From the NCBI GenBank assembly GCA_050613775.1, contig JBODTK010000013.1, forward strand, positions 868,001-932,000: a DNA stretch of 64,000 bases, read 5' to 3'. A model generated the notes under the pieces. The model did not search any database, was not told the DNA's origin, and saw only the letters and a list, made by a program, of their open reading frames with translations. The first letter of the stretch is position 1; each line of letters begins with the position of its first letter. This stretch comes from Neocallimastix sp. 'constans'. Lineage: Eukaryota. The translations under genes were made by a program, and so were the position numbers. Shown here in pieces: positions 1 through 13,289 of this stretch.

Positions 1-1098
1 ACCACTATAATGGTTGTTGTGGATCGCTTAACTAAAATGGCTCATTTTATACCATTTAGATGTCTTCCTACTGCTTCTATTGCTGCTGATTCTTTCATTG
101 CTAATATTTTTAAACTTCATGGTTTCCCCGATTCTATTATTTCTGATCGTGGTTCTCAATTTACCTCTGATTTTTGGAATCGTCTTTGCTCTCTTTTAAA
201 TATTAAGCATTCTTTTTCTACTGCTAATCACCCGCAGACTGATGGTCAAACGGAGAGGGTGAACTCGATATTGGAACAATATCTTCGTTGTTTCATTAAC
301 GAAAAACAAAATAATTGGTTTGATTTATTACCTTTTGCAGAATTTTCTTATAACAATACTTTACAACAATCAATAAATCAATCACCATTTTTTGCAAATT
401 ATGGATTTAATCCAAAGTTTAATCCTGAGATTCCTTCAAACGAGAATCCACATAGAGCTGAAAAAAGAATATTGAATATTAACGAAAACATAAAGTTTTT
501 AAAAGAAAATTTAGAACAAGCGAAAAAGACTTATAAAAAATATGCAGATTTAAAAAGAATAGATTCTCCTGATTTTAAAGTAGGAAATAAAGTTTATCTT
601 TTAAAGGGTAATACAACAAAGAAAAATAAAAAATTATCTGATCAACTAATAGGACCCTTTGAAATCATTAGAAAAGTTAGTGATTTAGCGTATGAACTTA
701 AACTTCCTAATAATATGCGCTGTCACCCTGTATTCCATGTTTCGCTCCTCGAACCTTACCATGAAAATGAATTCCCAAACAGAAGAAATACTCGTAGAAG
801 AAATATTAATCTTACTACGGATACAATTAATAGAAGTCCTGAAAGAATAATTAAAATGAAAACTTTTAACAATAAAAATCGTTACTTGATTAAATGGAAA
901 GGATGCGATTCTAATGAAAATACTTGGATCGATGAAGATCAAATTTTTGATAAACAATTAATACAAGAATACTATAGAAAAGAAAAGAAGAATAAATCTT
1001 CGAATATTAACAATGAATTTTGCCAACTACCTGAAGATTCGAACGAGTACTATGTTAGGCATAAATATCAACCTTTTGTGATCGATCTTCCTTCCTAA
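1..1098 (+). mobile_element. Ty3/Gypsy chromovirus pol 3' end: integrase core, GPY/F motif and chromodomain (5'-truncated by the window edge)
   Basis: Frame open from base 1. DDE motifs VVVDRLTKMAHFIP, IISDRGSQF and HPQTDGQTERVN; LIGPFEII...YELKLP...HPVFHVSLL; chromodomain RYLIKWKGCDSNENTWIDE. Confidence 0.95.
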
Positions 1099-1123
1099 AG
1101 TTAATCTCGCAGGAGCTCGACTT

Positions 1124-1777
1124 AAAGGGCGAGATTGTAAAGATATTATTAATATCTTTAAATAATTTTAATTAAATTTAATCATAAATTTAAGTAAAAT
1201 TAAAATAAATTTATTTGAAATCACGTGTATAAAATTATTGAAAATATTTTTAACATAATTTCGATTTTTTTCCCAATCATACTAATAAATTAAAAATTTC
1301 TCTTGTGAAACTAGTATTTGAAAATCATTTCTTTTTATGTAATTTAATTTAAATAATAAGAGTTAAGGTTTTTCACAAGATAAATTAACAACATGAAACT
1401 ATGCAATTAGTCATGTTGAAACTTACGGCATTTTATGCTAAATTTATATTAAATAATTATGACAACTTTTATATTATTTTTAAATAGAAAATATATAATA
1501 AATTTACTAATAATATTTAAATAATAAATAAATAATAAATGAACTCAATTAGAATTGATTATATTTATTTTAGTTATTAATTATAATTCTCTTTATTTAG
1601 TAATAGTTAATTATTTATTATTAGTTTAGGTTAGTACTGTTTTAAATAAATAGCTAGATAATATAATTCAATAGGAATTATATATTATAAATGCAATAAG
1701 ATAAAAATATAAATAGTTATCAAATTTCATGTATTTTAATCGATGTAATTGTTATTAACGATTTCTTGTTAATAACA
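1124..1777 (+). repeat. Polypurine tract and probable 3' LTR of the Gypsy element
   Basis: Purine-rich AAAGGGCGAGAT (1124-1135) is followed directly by TGTAA at 1136, 38 nt after the pol stop. The TAACA end at 1777 is only a candidate because no second LTR copy is in the window. Confidence 0.5.
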
Positions 1778-1859
1778 CTTTAAAATAAATAAAGATTTTA
1801 ATATTTAAAAAATTAATAAAACTTGTTCTTTAAAACTATTATTTTGTGTTTTAGTGTTA

Positions 1860-2907
1860 TTATTGAAGTGTTGATTTATAATCTATTTTTTTTATCAAAA
1901 CTTTATATTAATAGACTCAGGATCTTTATATTGTTTTCTAAACTTTTCAGGTACTGATGTGAATGGTTCGAGTTCAGAGACGTGGAAAACCTTATGATGC
2001 TTAGGAAAGGGGGAATTTTTAAGTTCAATTTCATAATTATTATTATGTAAAACATTGGTTACTTTGTATGGACCATATTTGCATGGAGCTAGTTTTGAGC
2101 TTGATTCTATATTTAACGAAGGGGGAGTTTGAATCCACACTAAGTCGTCAATGTTGTAAGAAGGAACGGTAATTCTTTTCTATCAGCAGAGCGTTTATAT
2201 AGCTCTTGGGATCGGAGAAGAACTTCTTTAACATGGTTAAAACTTTCATAAACTTTTTGAACCATTTTATGATTAATGTTACAAGTAGGGAGTAGTGTAT
2301 ATTCATCCATGTAAGGATGAAATCCATAGTTGAGAAAAAAGGGAGTTTCGTTAGTGGAAGGATGAATTGAGCTGTTATAAGCAAACACAACAAGTGGAAG
2401 AAAATCAACCCAATCATCATGATAGAAAGATCTTGAGAAGCAGCGAAGGTATTGTTCAATGTAAGAATTGCATCGTTCAACTTGACCTACGGTTTCATGG
2501 TGGTCAGTGGTAGCTATTTTCGATGATATTTAATATGAATAGAAATTCATGCCAAAGTTCACTTGTAAAATGTGATCCTCTATCCGTAATAATATCATAG
2601 CGTAGACCATGAGCTTATAGATATTATTGGTAAAGGCTTTAGCTGTTTGTACAGAATTTGGAATATCTTTGAAGGGAATAAGGTGTATCATTTTTGAAAA
2701 TCTATCAACTACAACCATAATCATCGTATTACCTTTAGATGGTGGAAGACCACATAGGAAATCAATCGAAATTGATTTCCTAGGTCTTTCTGGAACGTAG
2801 AGCGGTTGAAGTAAAAGTAACCCAAATCTACGGTGCCTAGATTTTTGTTTCTCATACATGTTTCGCACGACTTTACAAAATTCTTAACATCATCTTCCAT
2901 CTTGGGC
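1860..2907 (-). pseudogene. Degenerate Ty3/Gypsy integrase with frameshifts
   Basis: Consecutive fragments in different frames: DDVKNFVKSCETC, LQPLYVPERP..SISIDFLCGLPPSKG..MVVVDRFSKMIHLIP, FAYNSSIHPSTNETPFFLNYG, KYGPYKV...HKVFHVSELEP. Confidence 0.92.
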
Positions 2908-3165
2908 TGTAAAAGAAAACACCAAAATAGATTACAATAACAATACAATAAGAATTTATTTTATTTAAATTTTTTATTAAAAATATTTTTTCTTAATATT
3001 ATATATTTATTAATAATTAATAACAATTACATCAAAAAAAAAAAAAGTGAAAAGTATCTTATATTTATACTTTTCCTAAATACATTAAAATTTTTAATTA
3101 AATTTTTAATTCAATTTTTGAAAAATTTTTAACAATAAATTTTTTTTTTTTTTTTTTTTTTTTTA

Positions 3166-3660
3166 GATCTCATAGAGACGCAGAAATCTGGAAGTTTAAA
3201 ATTAATGATTGGTTTAAGAGGAAAGGTATTACTTACTACCGATGAAAATAAATGTTGTTATATAATTGCGGCTGTTGAAGATGGCATCGTAAGGATACTT
3301 ACTGAAAAAGAAAAAGAAGTAAATAGAGTTCTTACTTTGGATGAATGTGTTAAATTAATTAGAAAGAAATATTGGAGAGAAAATTTGAAGGAAGATAAAC
3401 TACGTCAATTAAAAAAATATTATTATTATAGCCCCAAACGAAAGTGTCTGTCATTTTAATACTAGATTTTTGGAACTATACGATCAATTGGATTTCGACG
3501 ACAAGTCTTTTATATCTGTTATTGATTATGAAAAAGCTTTACGACCAAGAGGTAGAATTTATGAAAGGGTTGCTATGGTTGATATTGATAATCTAGAAGA
3601 TGCCTGTGGATTAGCCGAAAAATTTTGAAAGTATAATAAACGAATATCGTAGGCAATGAA
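3166..3660 (+). pseudogene. Retrotransposon gag (capsid) remnant
   Basis: ORF 3205-3459 continues after a frameshift as IIIAPNESVCHFNTRFLELYDQLDFDDKSFISVIDYEKAL, resembling the Gypsy gag 'L..L.Q..ESV..Y..RF..L' pattern. A second frameshift follows near 3625. Confidence 0.6.
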
Positions 3661-3889
3661 ATGCGGGGTTCTTATACTACTAATATTAGGAATAATTACA
3701 ATAGTGTAATTAAAACTATGGTCAAATTGAAAGATCAAATTTTAAAAATAATTTTTCTAATCAATATAATAAAAATGTATTTAATATATGGATTGGAAAT
3801 AATAATAGGAATCAGAGGAATTTTAGGAATTCATCTATAAATATTGTGACTCAAAGAATACAAAATAATAACTTAAATAAATATACTAA

Positions 3890-4061
3890 ACTTAGACAAA
3901 ATACTCATAATTATTATAGATTTGGTAAAAGAAGTTTCGTATATATTATCACTTTTTATTTTAACATGATTGTATACGGAGCGATGGTCAAATTTAGAGA
4001 AAACTTTGCCTTTTCCAAGGTGCTCGAGCATATCTTGAATTAGCGGCAAAGGATACGAGTC
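3890..4061 (-). pseudogene. Ty3/Gypsy reverse transcriptase fragment
   Basis: Hand translation of the minus strand gives DSYPLPLIQDMLEHLGKGKVFSKFDHRSVYNHVKIK...TSF, then YEYFV after a shift. This matches the RT 'YPLP.I.D.L..L...K.FSK.DL.S.Y' block. Not in the ORF track. Confidence 0.88.
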
Positions 4062-4344
4062 CCAAATAGAGATCTTATTTCTTAATTTATTAAAGTTTAA
4101 ATATACCTATATAAATTCAAAAAAAAAAAAAAAAAAAAAAAAAAGAATTATTATCTTTTACATTATTTTCCTTTTAAAAATAAAATATGAATTATTAATG
4201 AGATCTTTAACAATAAATATAAAATTATTAAATATATATGAATATAATTTATTAATAAGTTTCTATTTTAAATATAAATTGATATGTTGAATGATTCAAA
4301 ATATTAAATATTAAATATTAAATATTAAATATTATATAACAAAT

Positions 4345-4615
4345 AATAAATAAATAAATAATAAATAATAAATAATAAATATTAAATATTAATAGTCAAT
4401 AATTAATAATAATTAATTAATAATAAATAATAAATAATAAATAATAAATAATAAATAATAAATAATAAATAATAAATAATAAATAATAAATAATAAATAA
4501 TAAATAATAAATAATAAATAATAAATAATAAATAATAAATAATAAATAATAAATAATAAATAATAAATAGTAATAAATAAATAAATAAATAATAAATAAT
4601 AAATAAATAAATAAT
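4345..4615 (+). repeat. (AATAAAT)n heptamer microsatellite
   Basis: Directly visible tandem array, near-perfect over about 4420-4568. Confidence 0.95.
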
Positions 4616-5684
4616 AATTATTAATAATAAACTTTTAATTAAACATTCATAATTCTAATAATAATTAATGTTGACCATAAACTAAATAATAATTAAATTT
4701 ATGGAAATTTTATTTTATTTTATTTTTTTTTTTTATTTTTTTAATAAAAAAAAAAAATATATTATTTAATTTATTCATTTTTTTTATTAAAATAAATGAA
4801 ATAACTATAGATCTTAATCATAAAATAATAATGAAGAAAAAAAAAAATTTATTAATAAAAAACAATTCTATATTTTTATTATTTATATATAATTTTATTT
4901 ATCTATAATTAATAATATTTCTTATTAAATTGTTAATATCATAAATTTTTGAAAAAAAGTATACTATTAATGGAATATGACAAAGATATTTTTTTTTTAA
5001 AAAATAATAAAACTTTAATAGCAATTTCTTAAATTTATTTTATAATTAATTATTTTTTAAATATAAAAAAAAAAAAAAAAATCAGTATGTAACAATATTA
5101 CATATGATATAATTTTAAATTTTTATTACAAGAACTTTAAATGAATAAATTATTAATCTAACTATTTATAAAAAATAAAATAATTATTTATTATATCAAC
5201 AAGCCATCATTCTAATTCTTAAATACTAAACATTCTTTTTCTTTATTTCTTTATTTCTTTATTTTAATTAATTCAATTGAATATATTTTTATTATTTGCT
5301 TTATGTCTTTTATTTAAAAATAATATATAAAATTTATTTATTATTAACAAAAAAAAAATTTTTTTTTTTTCATGTCTTATAGAGAATGACCAACTCATAG
5401 AAACTATTATATATATATAAAATAGATATAAACATTTTTTGTTTTGTTTAATCTTTTTCCTTAATTTATATAATAATTGTATTGTTTAAATTAAAAATAT
5501 TTTATTTCTTTACTATATATATTCTGTTCTTTTAAATAAAAATGAAAATAAATAAAGAAAGAACTAAATATTTTATTTATATAATTTAAAATTTTAATAA
5601 TTATTAATTGTAATATTTTTTATATCATTATTTATCATTAAAAATTCCATAATAATAATAATAATAATAAATATAATAAATATA

Positions 5685-5736
<52 letters not shown>

Positions 5737-8368
5737 TATAATAATAGTAATAATAATAATAATAATAAAATAATAATAATAATAATAATATACATTAATA
5801 TATTGGTTTTGCCTTTAATTTATTCATTTCTGATTTGTATTTTCTTTAAAATATATTTATATAATACTTTTTTTTAATTTATAATTATATTACTGAATTA
5901 TATTCAATTTGGCTCATTTATAGTTATATAATCTATTTTTATTTAGTCTATTTCATCAATATCTTTTTTTATTTAGGATAACAATTTTCTAATTATATAT
6001 TAAATATTAATTTTTTTTACATTAAATCAGTGTGTCTTTGTAAATATATATTTTTATTTCTTTTCCTTTATTTTATTTTTTTATCTTTAATAAATAAAAA
6101 TTTCCATATATTAATTCTTATTTGTACTTATTTTTTATATTAAATTTACTATAATTAACTATAATTGTTCATTTAAAAAAATGTTCTAATTATTTTATCA
6201 TATTAATATATAAATTTTTTATGTTTTTAAATATTAGCAATAACTAAAAAGAAACGAATTACTTATAATATTATAATATTTTTTTATACTAATAACAAAA
6301 AATGTAATAAATAACTTATTTTCAAAGAGATATTAATAAAATTTATTTTTATAGACTAATAACAATTATAATTATGTAATAAATATTTATATTTAAAGAT
6401 ATATCAATAATATTTTTTATTATTCTTAATATTAATATTTCTGAAACAGAATTAATATAAAATATCAAATTAATTGTGATATAAAACTCTTACTATCATT
6501 ATAAATTATGTGATTTGATACAAAAAATAACGGCATGCCTTAAATATTTTAATTAGTATATATAATTAAATAATTAGAATAAAGTATTGAAAAGTAGTAT
6601 TTTATAGAAAGTAATTTTACTAATGAAATATAATAAAATATAACCTATTAATTATACATATTTAAAAAAATTTTTTTAAATTAATATAGACGGATAAAAT
6701 AATTTAAGAATATATATTTATATATCTTAAAATAATAAAAATTAATATATTAAGTTTTAATTTATTATCAATTTTTAGTAAAAAATTACAACTATCAATA
6801 ATTAAGTCCCTTTTCTAGATGTTATAATCCTGGAAATTATATTATAATATAATGCATAATACTTTTTTTTTTTTTATTTATTTATATAGTGTGGATTTAG
6901 ATATCTTTAAACATTAATTAAGCAATACTCAAATATGAGTTTCATATTTTTTATACATTATCTCATTTAATTTAAATGAAATTATATATTTCTCAATATA
7001 TACTATAACTGAAAGAAATAAGTAGAATTTCATATAAATATACCTATATATTATATATATTATATCCTTTATTATGTTAATGTATTATTTAATGACCAAA
7101 TTAATATAAAAAATACATATTTCAAAACTGAAAATTTTTATAAAATATCAAATCCTTTTATATTATTAAATATATTTTTATATTTAAGAATGATACAATT
7201 AAGACTAAAGATATTTAAAAATAAAAAATTAATAATGATTTAATTTTATATAAATATTTATTATTTTAATCAAATTTCACTGTCATAATTAGTTTTAATT
7301 ATGTATATTTAAATTGAATAATTATTTCAAATATGGTATTTTAGATGTCATTTTTATATTAAAAATTTAATATTAATATAAAAAAAACTAATAATAATTA
7401 ATATATTACATATAAATCACCTAGGAAAAAAAATTAGAGGATATTTTTATAAATTTTAATGAAAAACAAAAATAAATACATGGAATATTTTTTTTAGAAA
7501 ATTATTGTTGTATAAAATATTATTTATTAATATTTTTATATTATAAAAATTTTTTTGGATTAAGACTTTTTAGTTCATTAAACCTTTTTTTTTTTTAAAA
7601 AAAATTTTTAATAGTGATATATATTATAATTAATTAAAACAATAAAATAAAATAAATTATAATAAAAAAAAAAATTCAAAATTATTTAATATTACATAAA
7701 ATAATGATATGATATAAAAAAAAATAATAATAAAATAATAAAATATATAGTAAAATAAAAATTAAAAGGAAAATTTTTTTTTTTTTTTAAAAAAAAAAGA
7801 TAAACTTTCTTGACAATTACAAATTTAATTTTTTAATATTTTAATTATATATAAATAATTATTATTATTATTATTATTATTATATTATTATTATTTTCAT
7901 TTATTAATATATTAATATTTTCAATTTTATAAAAATCATAAAAATTTTATGAAATAAATTTTTTTTCCATTGTAAATTTTATAGCAATTAAAGTTTATGA
8001 TTTTTTCATTTTTTTCATTTTTTTTCTTCGGAAGTAATTAAAAAATTAATATCATATAATAATAATAAAAAAAAAAAAAATCCAACTAAAATTTATATTA
8101 TATAAATTTATTTTATATATATACATTTTTAAAAGATAATAATTATAATGTAAAACGAATTGTTTTTATTTTTAAATCATTGAAATGATAAAATATATAA
8201 TATATTCATATTATATATTAATAAATAAAAGATAATAATTATTATTTTTTTCCTATTATTAATTTTTTATATATTTAATATATCATACTAAATTTTAGTT
8301 TTTTTCAAGAAATTTTTTCGTTCTTTTTTAATTTTTATTTTATTTTATTTTATTTTATTTTTATTTTA

Positions 8369-8401
<33 letters not shown>

Positions 8402-8853
8402 TTTCAATTATTAATCAATTAATTTAGTAATTTATATAGCAATCATTTCCATCAAGAATAAAATATAATAAAATAAAAACTTTTATAATAATAATAATAA
8501 TAATATAATTAAAGGATATAGATCAATTATTATATTTCAATGTTTTAATTTATAATAGTAATAACTATATATTTTTCAATTTCTCAAAAAAAATTAAAGT
8601 AATTTTTTTCAACAATCATTATTTTTATCTAAATGTAAATATTTTAATAATATCACACTTTATTAAAAATTAAAAAACAAAACCAAAAAAAAAAAAAAAA
8701 AAAAATACAAATAAAATAAAATAAAATAAAATAAAAGAAAAATTAAAAAATAAAAAAAGAAAAATAAAATTAATGATATTTTCTTAATTTATATATATAT
8801 ATATATATATATATCCTCCGATATATTCAGTACATTAATAAATTTAGTATTGA

Positions 8854-8887
<34 letters not shown>

Positions 8888-9046
8888 TTAATTCAATTCA
8901 TTTATTTTATACAATTATTATATTAAAAATTTTTATTTTTTATTATTATTATTTTTTTTTTCTTTAGAAAAAAAAAAAAAAGGTAAAAAATTAAAATAGT
9001 TAAATTAAAAAAAAAAAATAGAAATAAAAAGAGAGAGAGAAAGAAT

Positions 9047-10486
9047 ATGGGGAATGAACTTATAAAAGAAGAAATTCTAATAAAAGAGGAAGAGAAAAAA
9101 ATATGTGATATCTATAAATTTTATAAAGATGAAAATTGTGATATACCCACCCGAATATTAATATATATCGTATTGAGTGGATTTGTTTCAATAGGATTTT
9201 TAATATTTTGCTTTATAATTGCCTCTTGTTTTCGATATAAGCGTCGAAAGGAAAAAAGACAATTGGAACTTATTACACCTGTGTCTTCAGAAGTACGATT
9301 AAAACAATGTATAGCAAAAAAATATCCTGATTATCGTGATCAAAAATATTATTATTACCGTTCCAAAGGTCTTCCTACCAAAAACAATTATGGTAATAAT
9401 AATGGAAATGGCAATTCAGGTATGATGGAAAAAGAAAATATAGATTATTCCTATAATTATGAAGATTCACAAAGAATACTTCAAAGGGAAAAGTCACCAA
9501 ATTCAGTGTACAATGTCAAAGAGAGAACTAAAGTGAGACCAACTGAAAGACGATATGCTAATTTATGTTCACCATATCAAACGGCAAATTATAAAAAAAT
9601 ATATCCTGTATTATACTATGACAATAATATGAATCACCCCCAAGGAATGGTAAGAAATGAAGTTCCTGAAATGGTAAGAACTGAAGTTCCTGAAATGGTA
9701 AGAAATGAGGTTCATTGTATGGCAAATTCCCCTGAGGATTCTAATTTCAATAGATACTATGTTCAGGAATATAGTAATAACTACAATAATACTAATAATA
9801 AAACAAATTATAATGAAAATAATAATGAAAAATACAACAATAATGACTATAATAATAACCGCAACAACAATAATAGGTATTACAGCAATAACAACAACAG
9901 CACCAATAATAATAATATGAATTATGAATACTATAATAATTATGATAATTACGGAAATAATAATTACGCTAATGATATAAACTACACTAATAATAATAAT
10001 AACAATAATAATAATAATAATAATTTGTATAATGATAATTATAGATATAATGACAAAAACTATAATGTTATTTATGACAATCCAAATGAGAATAGAATGT
10101 ATAAAGAAAGAAATGGAAGGAATAGAAATGAAAATATAAATATTTCAAATCAAATCAATAATAGGTATAAACAGCCCATTAGGAATAACCCTGTAGAATA
10201 TAATATTGATTGTTATAATATTCAAACAAGTAGTCATAGAAATATAGGTGAGAAAAATTATAGTAGAAAAATATCCCTAAATTTAAATGACCGAAGTAAT
10301 TCAAAGTTAATTGATAAAGGAAAAAATAGTAGTGAACGATTAATTAATAATAAGAAAATTACAAATGATAGTTGGAATAGTTCAGATGGTTCAAATACAG
10401 ATGATACAATAGTTATGAATAATAGTAAAAGTCAAGCCAATTTAGATAGTAATGAATTAGAAATGGCTAATAATGCCATTAATAAC

Positions 10487-10517
<31 letters not shown>

Positions 10518-10964
10518 TGAGCAAAAGTTCAAGTAAATATAAATTAAAAAGTGAAAAAAAAGAAAAATTTAATCAAAAAGGTAAGAGCTTAATGAAAATG
10601 AAAATGATCGAAGAAGAAGATGAAAATGACAATCAATTAGACTATTCAATAAAAAGAAATAAAGAACAAAAAATATATCTTCAAAGTGGACAATCTTCAT
10701 CTGCAATGATTCAAGAAACAGAACAAAAAGTTGAAATTGATAAAAAGTTAAAGATGATAAATAAGCAAGATAATACTATAGCTTATATTAATAATAAAAA
10801 TTATATTAATCCAAGTAAAGAAGAAGACTATATTAATAGTAATAAAAAAATACAACAAGAGGTTAAAATGATAAATAGTACTAATGTCAATGCCTATAGT
10901 TCAGATAAAAATCATGATAAGAAGAATATGAATTATCAAAATGATGAAAGAGATAGAATTAGAA

Positions 10965-11035
<71 letters not shown>

Positions 11036-13289
11036 CAAATGATCTCAGAGTCAAAGGAACATAACAGCATAGATGATAATACCAATATGAATGTTCGCCC
11101 TAAATCATCAAAATCAAGGCAGTATCAACAATTTTCTCAACCTATTAAGGCAGAATCTAGTAGCAATGCTATAGCTACCAAAACCAAAAATAATGCTAAT
11201 ACAAATGTAGATACCAACAATAACACTATTTTAAATACTAATAATAATAATAATAATAATAATAATGTCAATACTAACAATATTCCTAATGCTAATAATG
11301 ATCCAAATAATGATGTTAGCAATAATAATAAAAAATCAAAATCAGTTAATTTTGCACCAATGGAGAATAATGCTGAAGGAGATCCATTGAATTATAAAAG
11401 TAAGCTTGTACGAAATCTTAGTCCTATTACCCCAACAGCCAATCGAAGAATTTCAGATAATAATCAACTTAAATCTAAACCACTTCCACCTCCAATTAAA
11501 AAAGAAAATATTCCAACCAATACAAGTAACAATGAAAACTATACAATAATAAATGGTAAGAAACCAACAGTAGTTAATAATGAAATTGAATTTGAAGAGG
11601 TTGAAAGGTTTGAAGAAGTACAAAGACCAATTAAAGAGATTGAAAGTAAAGAAATTAGAAATCAACAATATCTTAATTATATAAATAATATTAATTCTAA
11701 TTTAAACCTTCCAACTTATTCAAACAGTACATCCTTAGAAATTGCTGATGACTTAATAGAATTAGAGAAAACAAATATTTATAATAGTAGTAGAAATACT
11801 ACTGCAAACGGGCATTCAAAAATTAAAAATCATAACAGAAAGCGTTCAAAAAATAATACTAGTATGCAAGTTCCCATGATTTTATAATTAAATTAAAACA
11901 AAAAATTGTTATTTTTTTTTTTTTTTTATTTTACTTTATTTTTTCAATTAAAATTAGCAATATATTTATAAATTGAATTGAATTTATTTTTTGTCTTTCG
12001 AATTAAATTGATTGTTTAACTACTAATTAAATAAAAAAAAAAGGTTTAATATTAATTTTATAATGATTTATGGAATAGAAATGGAATAGAATACTATTAC
12101 AATAATGATAAATAAGATAATATATATATATATGTTAGATAGATAATAATCAAATTAAAAAAGAAAATTTGAAATATAATTATTTATATTGATATAATAT
12201 AAATTAATATAATATACTACTGATAATCATTATTAAAATAATAAATATTAAAATATACATTATATATATATATATATAAAAAATTATTAATAAAATTATA
12301 TATATATTATAATTTCTAACAGAAAAAAAAGAAATTGAACCAATATCAAACCAAGATGATAAAATACATAATGAAAATGAAAACCATCTAAAAAGAAATA
12401 TTCTTAATAACCCTATAGTTCAAAAATCAAGTCATAAAGGAAATGGATATAATTATCAACAACATAATAGAAATATAGGTATATTTATATATAAATATTT
12501 ATATAAAAATGCTTTACTATTTCCTTTATATATTATTACATGTTTTTTTTTTTCTTTTTTTTTTTTATTATTATTTCATTTTATTTTTTATTTTTTAATT
12601 AATTAATTATACTTATTGTTAATATGCTTATATATATAAATATAGATCTAAATGCTATTCAAAACCGGCCATCTACATCTTATAATACTAATGATATTAA
12701 TCATCAATATTCAACTCAACAAATACCTATCACACCTACTTATGAAGATTACGCTAATTCACCAGATTATTATTATAACTTATCACCAGCAAATGATCCT
12801 AATAATGAAATGCTTTACTCGAATTTATCACAAACCCATCGCCCTACATCAAAAGAAATTAATTATGAACTAAATTCAAGACCCAATTCATCTTCATATT
12901 CTAACTCAGATGAATCTGACTCACCTGCTCTTTCATATAAAACGGAAGAAAGTGAATATAACGAATTCCCTCCAAGGCGAATTCCATCCTCTACATATAA
13001 TAATATTCCAGGTCCTCCACCAACAGCTTCTAGTACCTATAAGGGAAATAATAATAATTTAAGGCCTGTTTGTAGAAGAGAAGATTCTAATTATTTTAAT
13101 CAAGATCTCTCCGATAATAATGATCCAGATGATCCAGATTATCCTGGTTACTCTGGTTATCAGTCACCAAGTTATTATGACAACTCACAAAATCAAATGT
13201 ATATGAATAATCTTGTCATTCCATTTCAAAAACCAAAAGTTTGTGTACGTGAGGCACCCATATTAAAAAATTCACATAATAATAAATAA
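9047..13289 (+). CDS. Single-pass membrane protein with a very long Asn-rich disordered cytoplasmic tail, about 1204 aa, 3 exons (9047-11861, 12323-12478, 12646-13289)
   Basis: N-terminal hydrophobic helix ILIYIVLSGFVSIGFLIFCFIIASCF followed by basic RYKRRKEKR. GT-AG introns 11862-12322 and 12479-12645 (both phase 1) join ORFs 9047.. and 12624.. in frame through an open 156-nt middle exon. Confidence 0.8.

Noticed and set aside
3846..4043. 65-aa plus-strand ORF and GC-rich patch considered as an ncRNA or tRNA
   Set aside because: The GC patch is explained by a minus-strand Gypsy RT fragment; no cloverleaf is visible.
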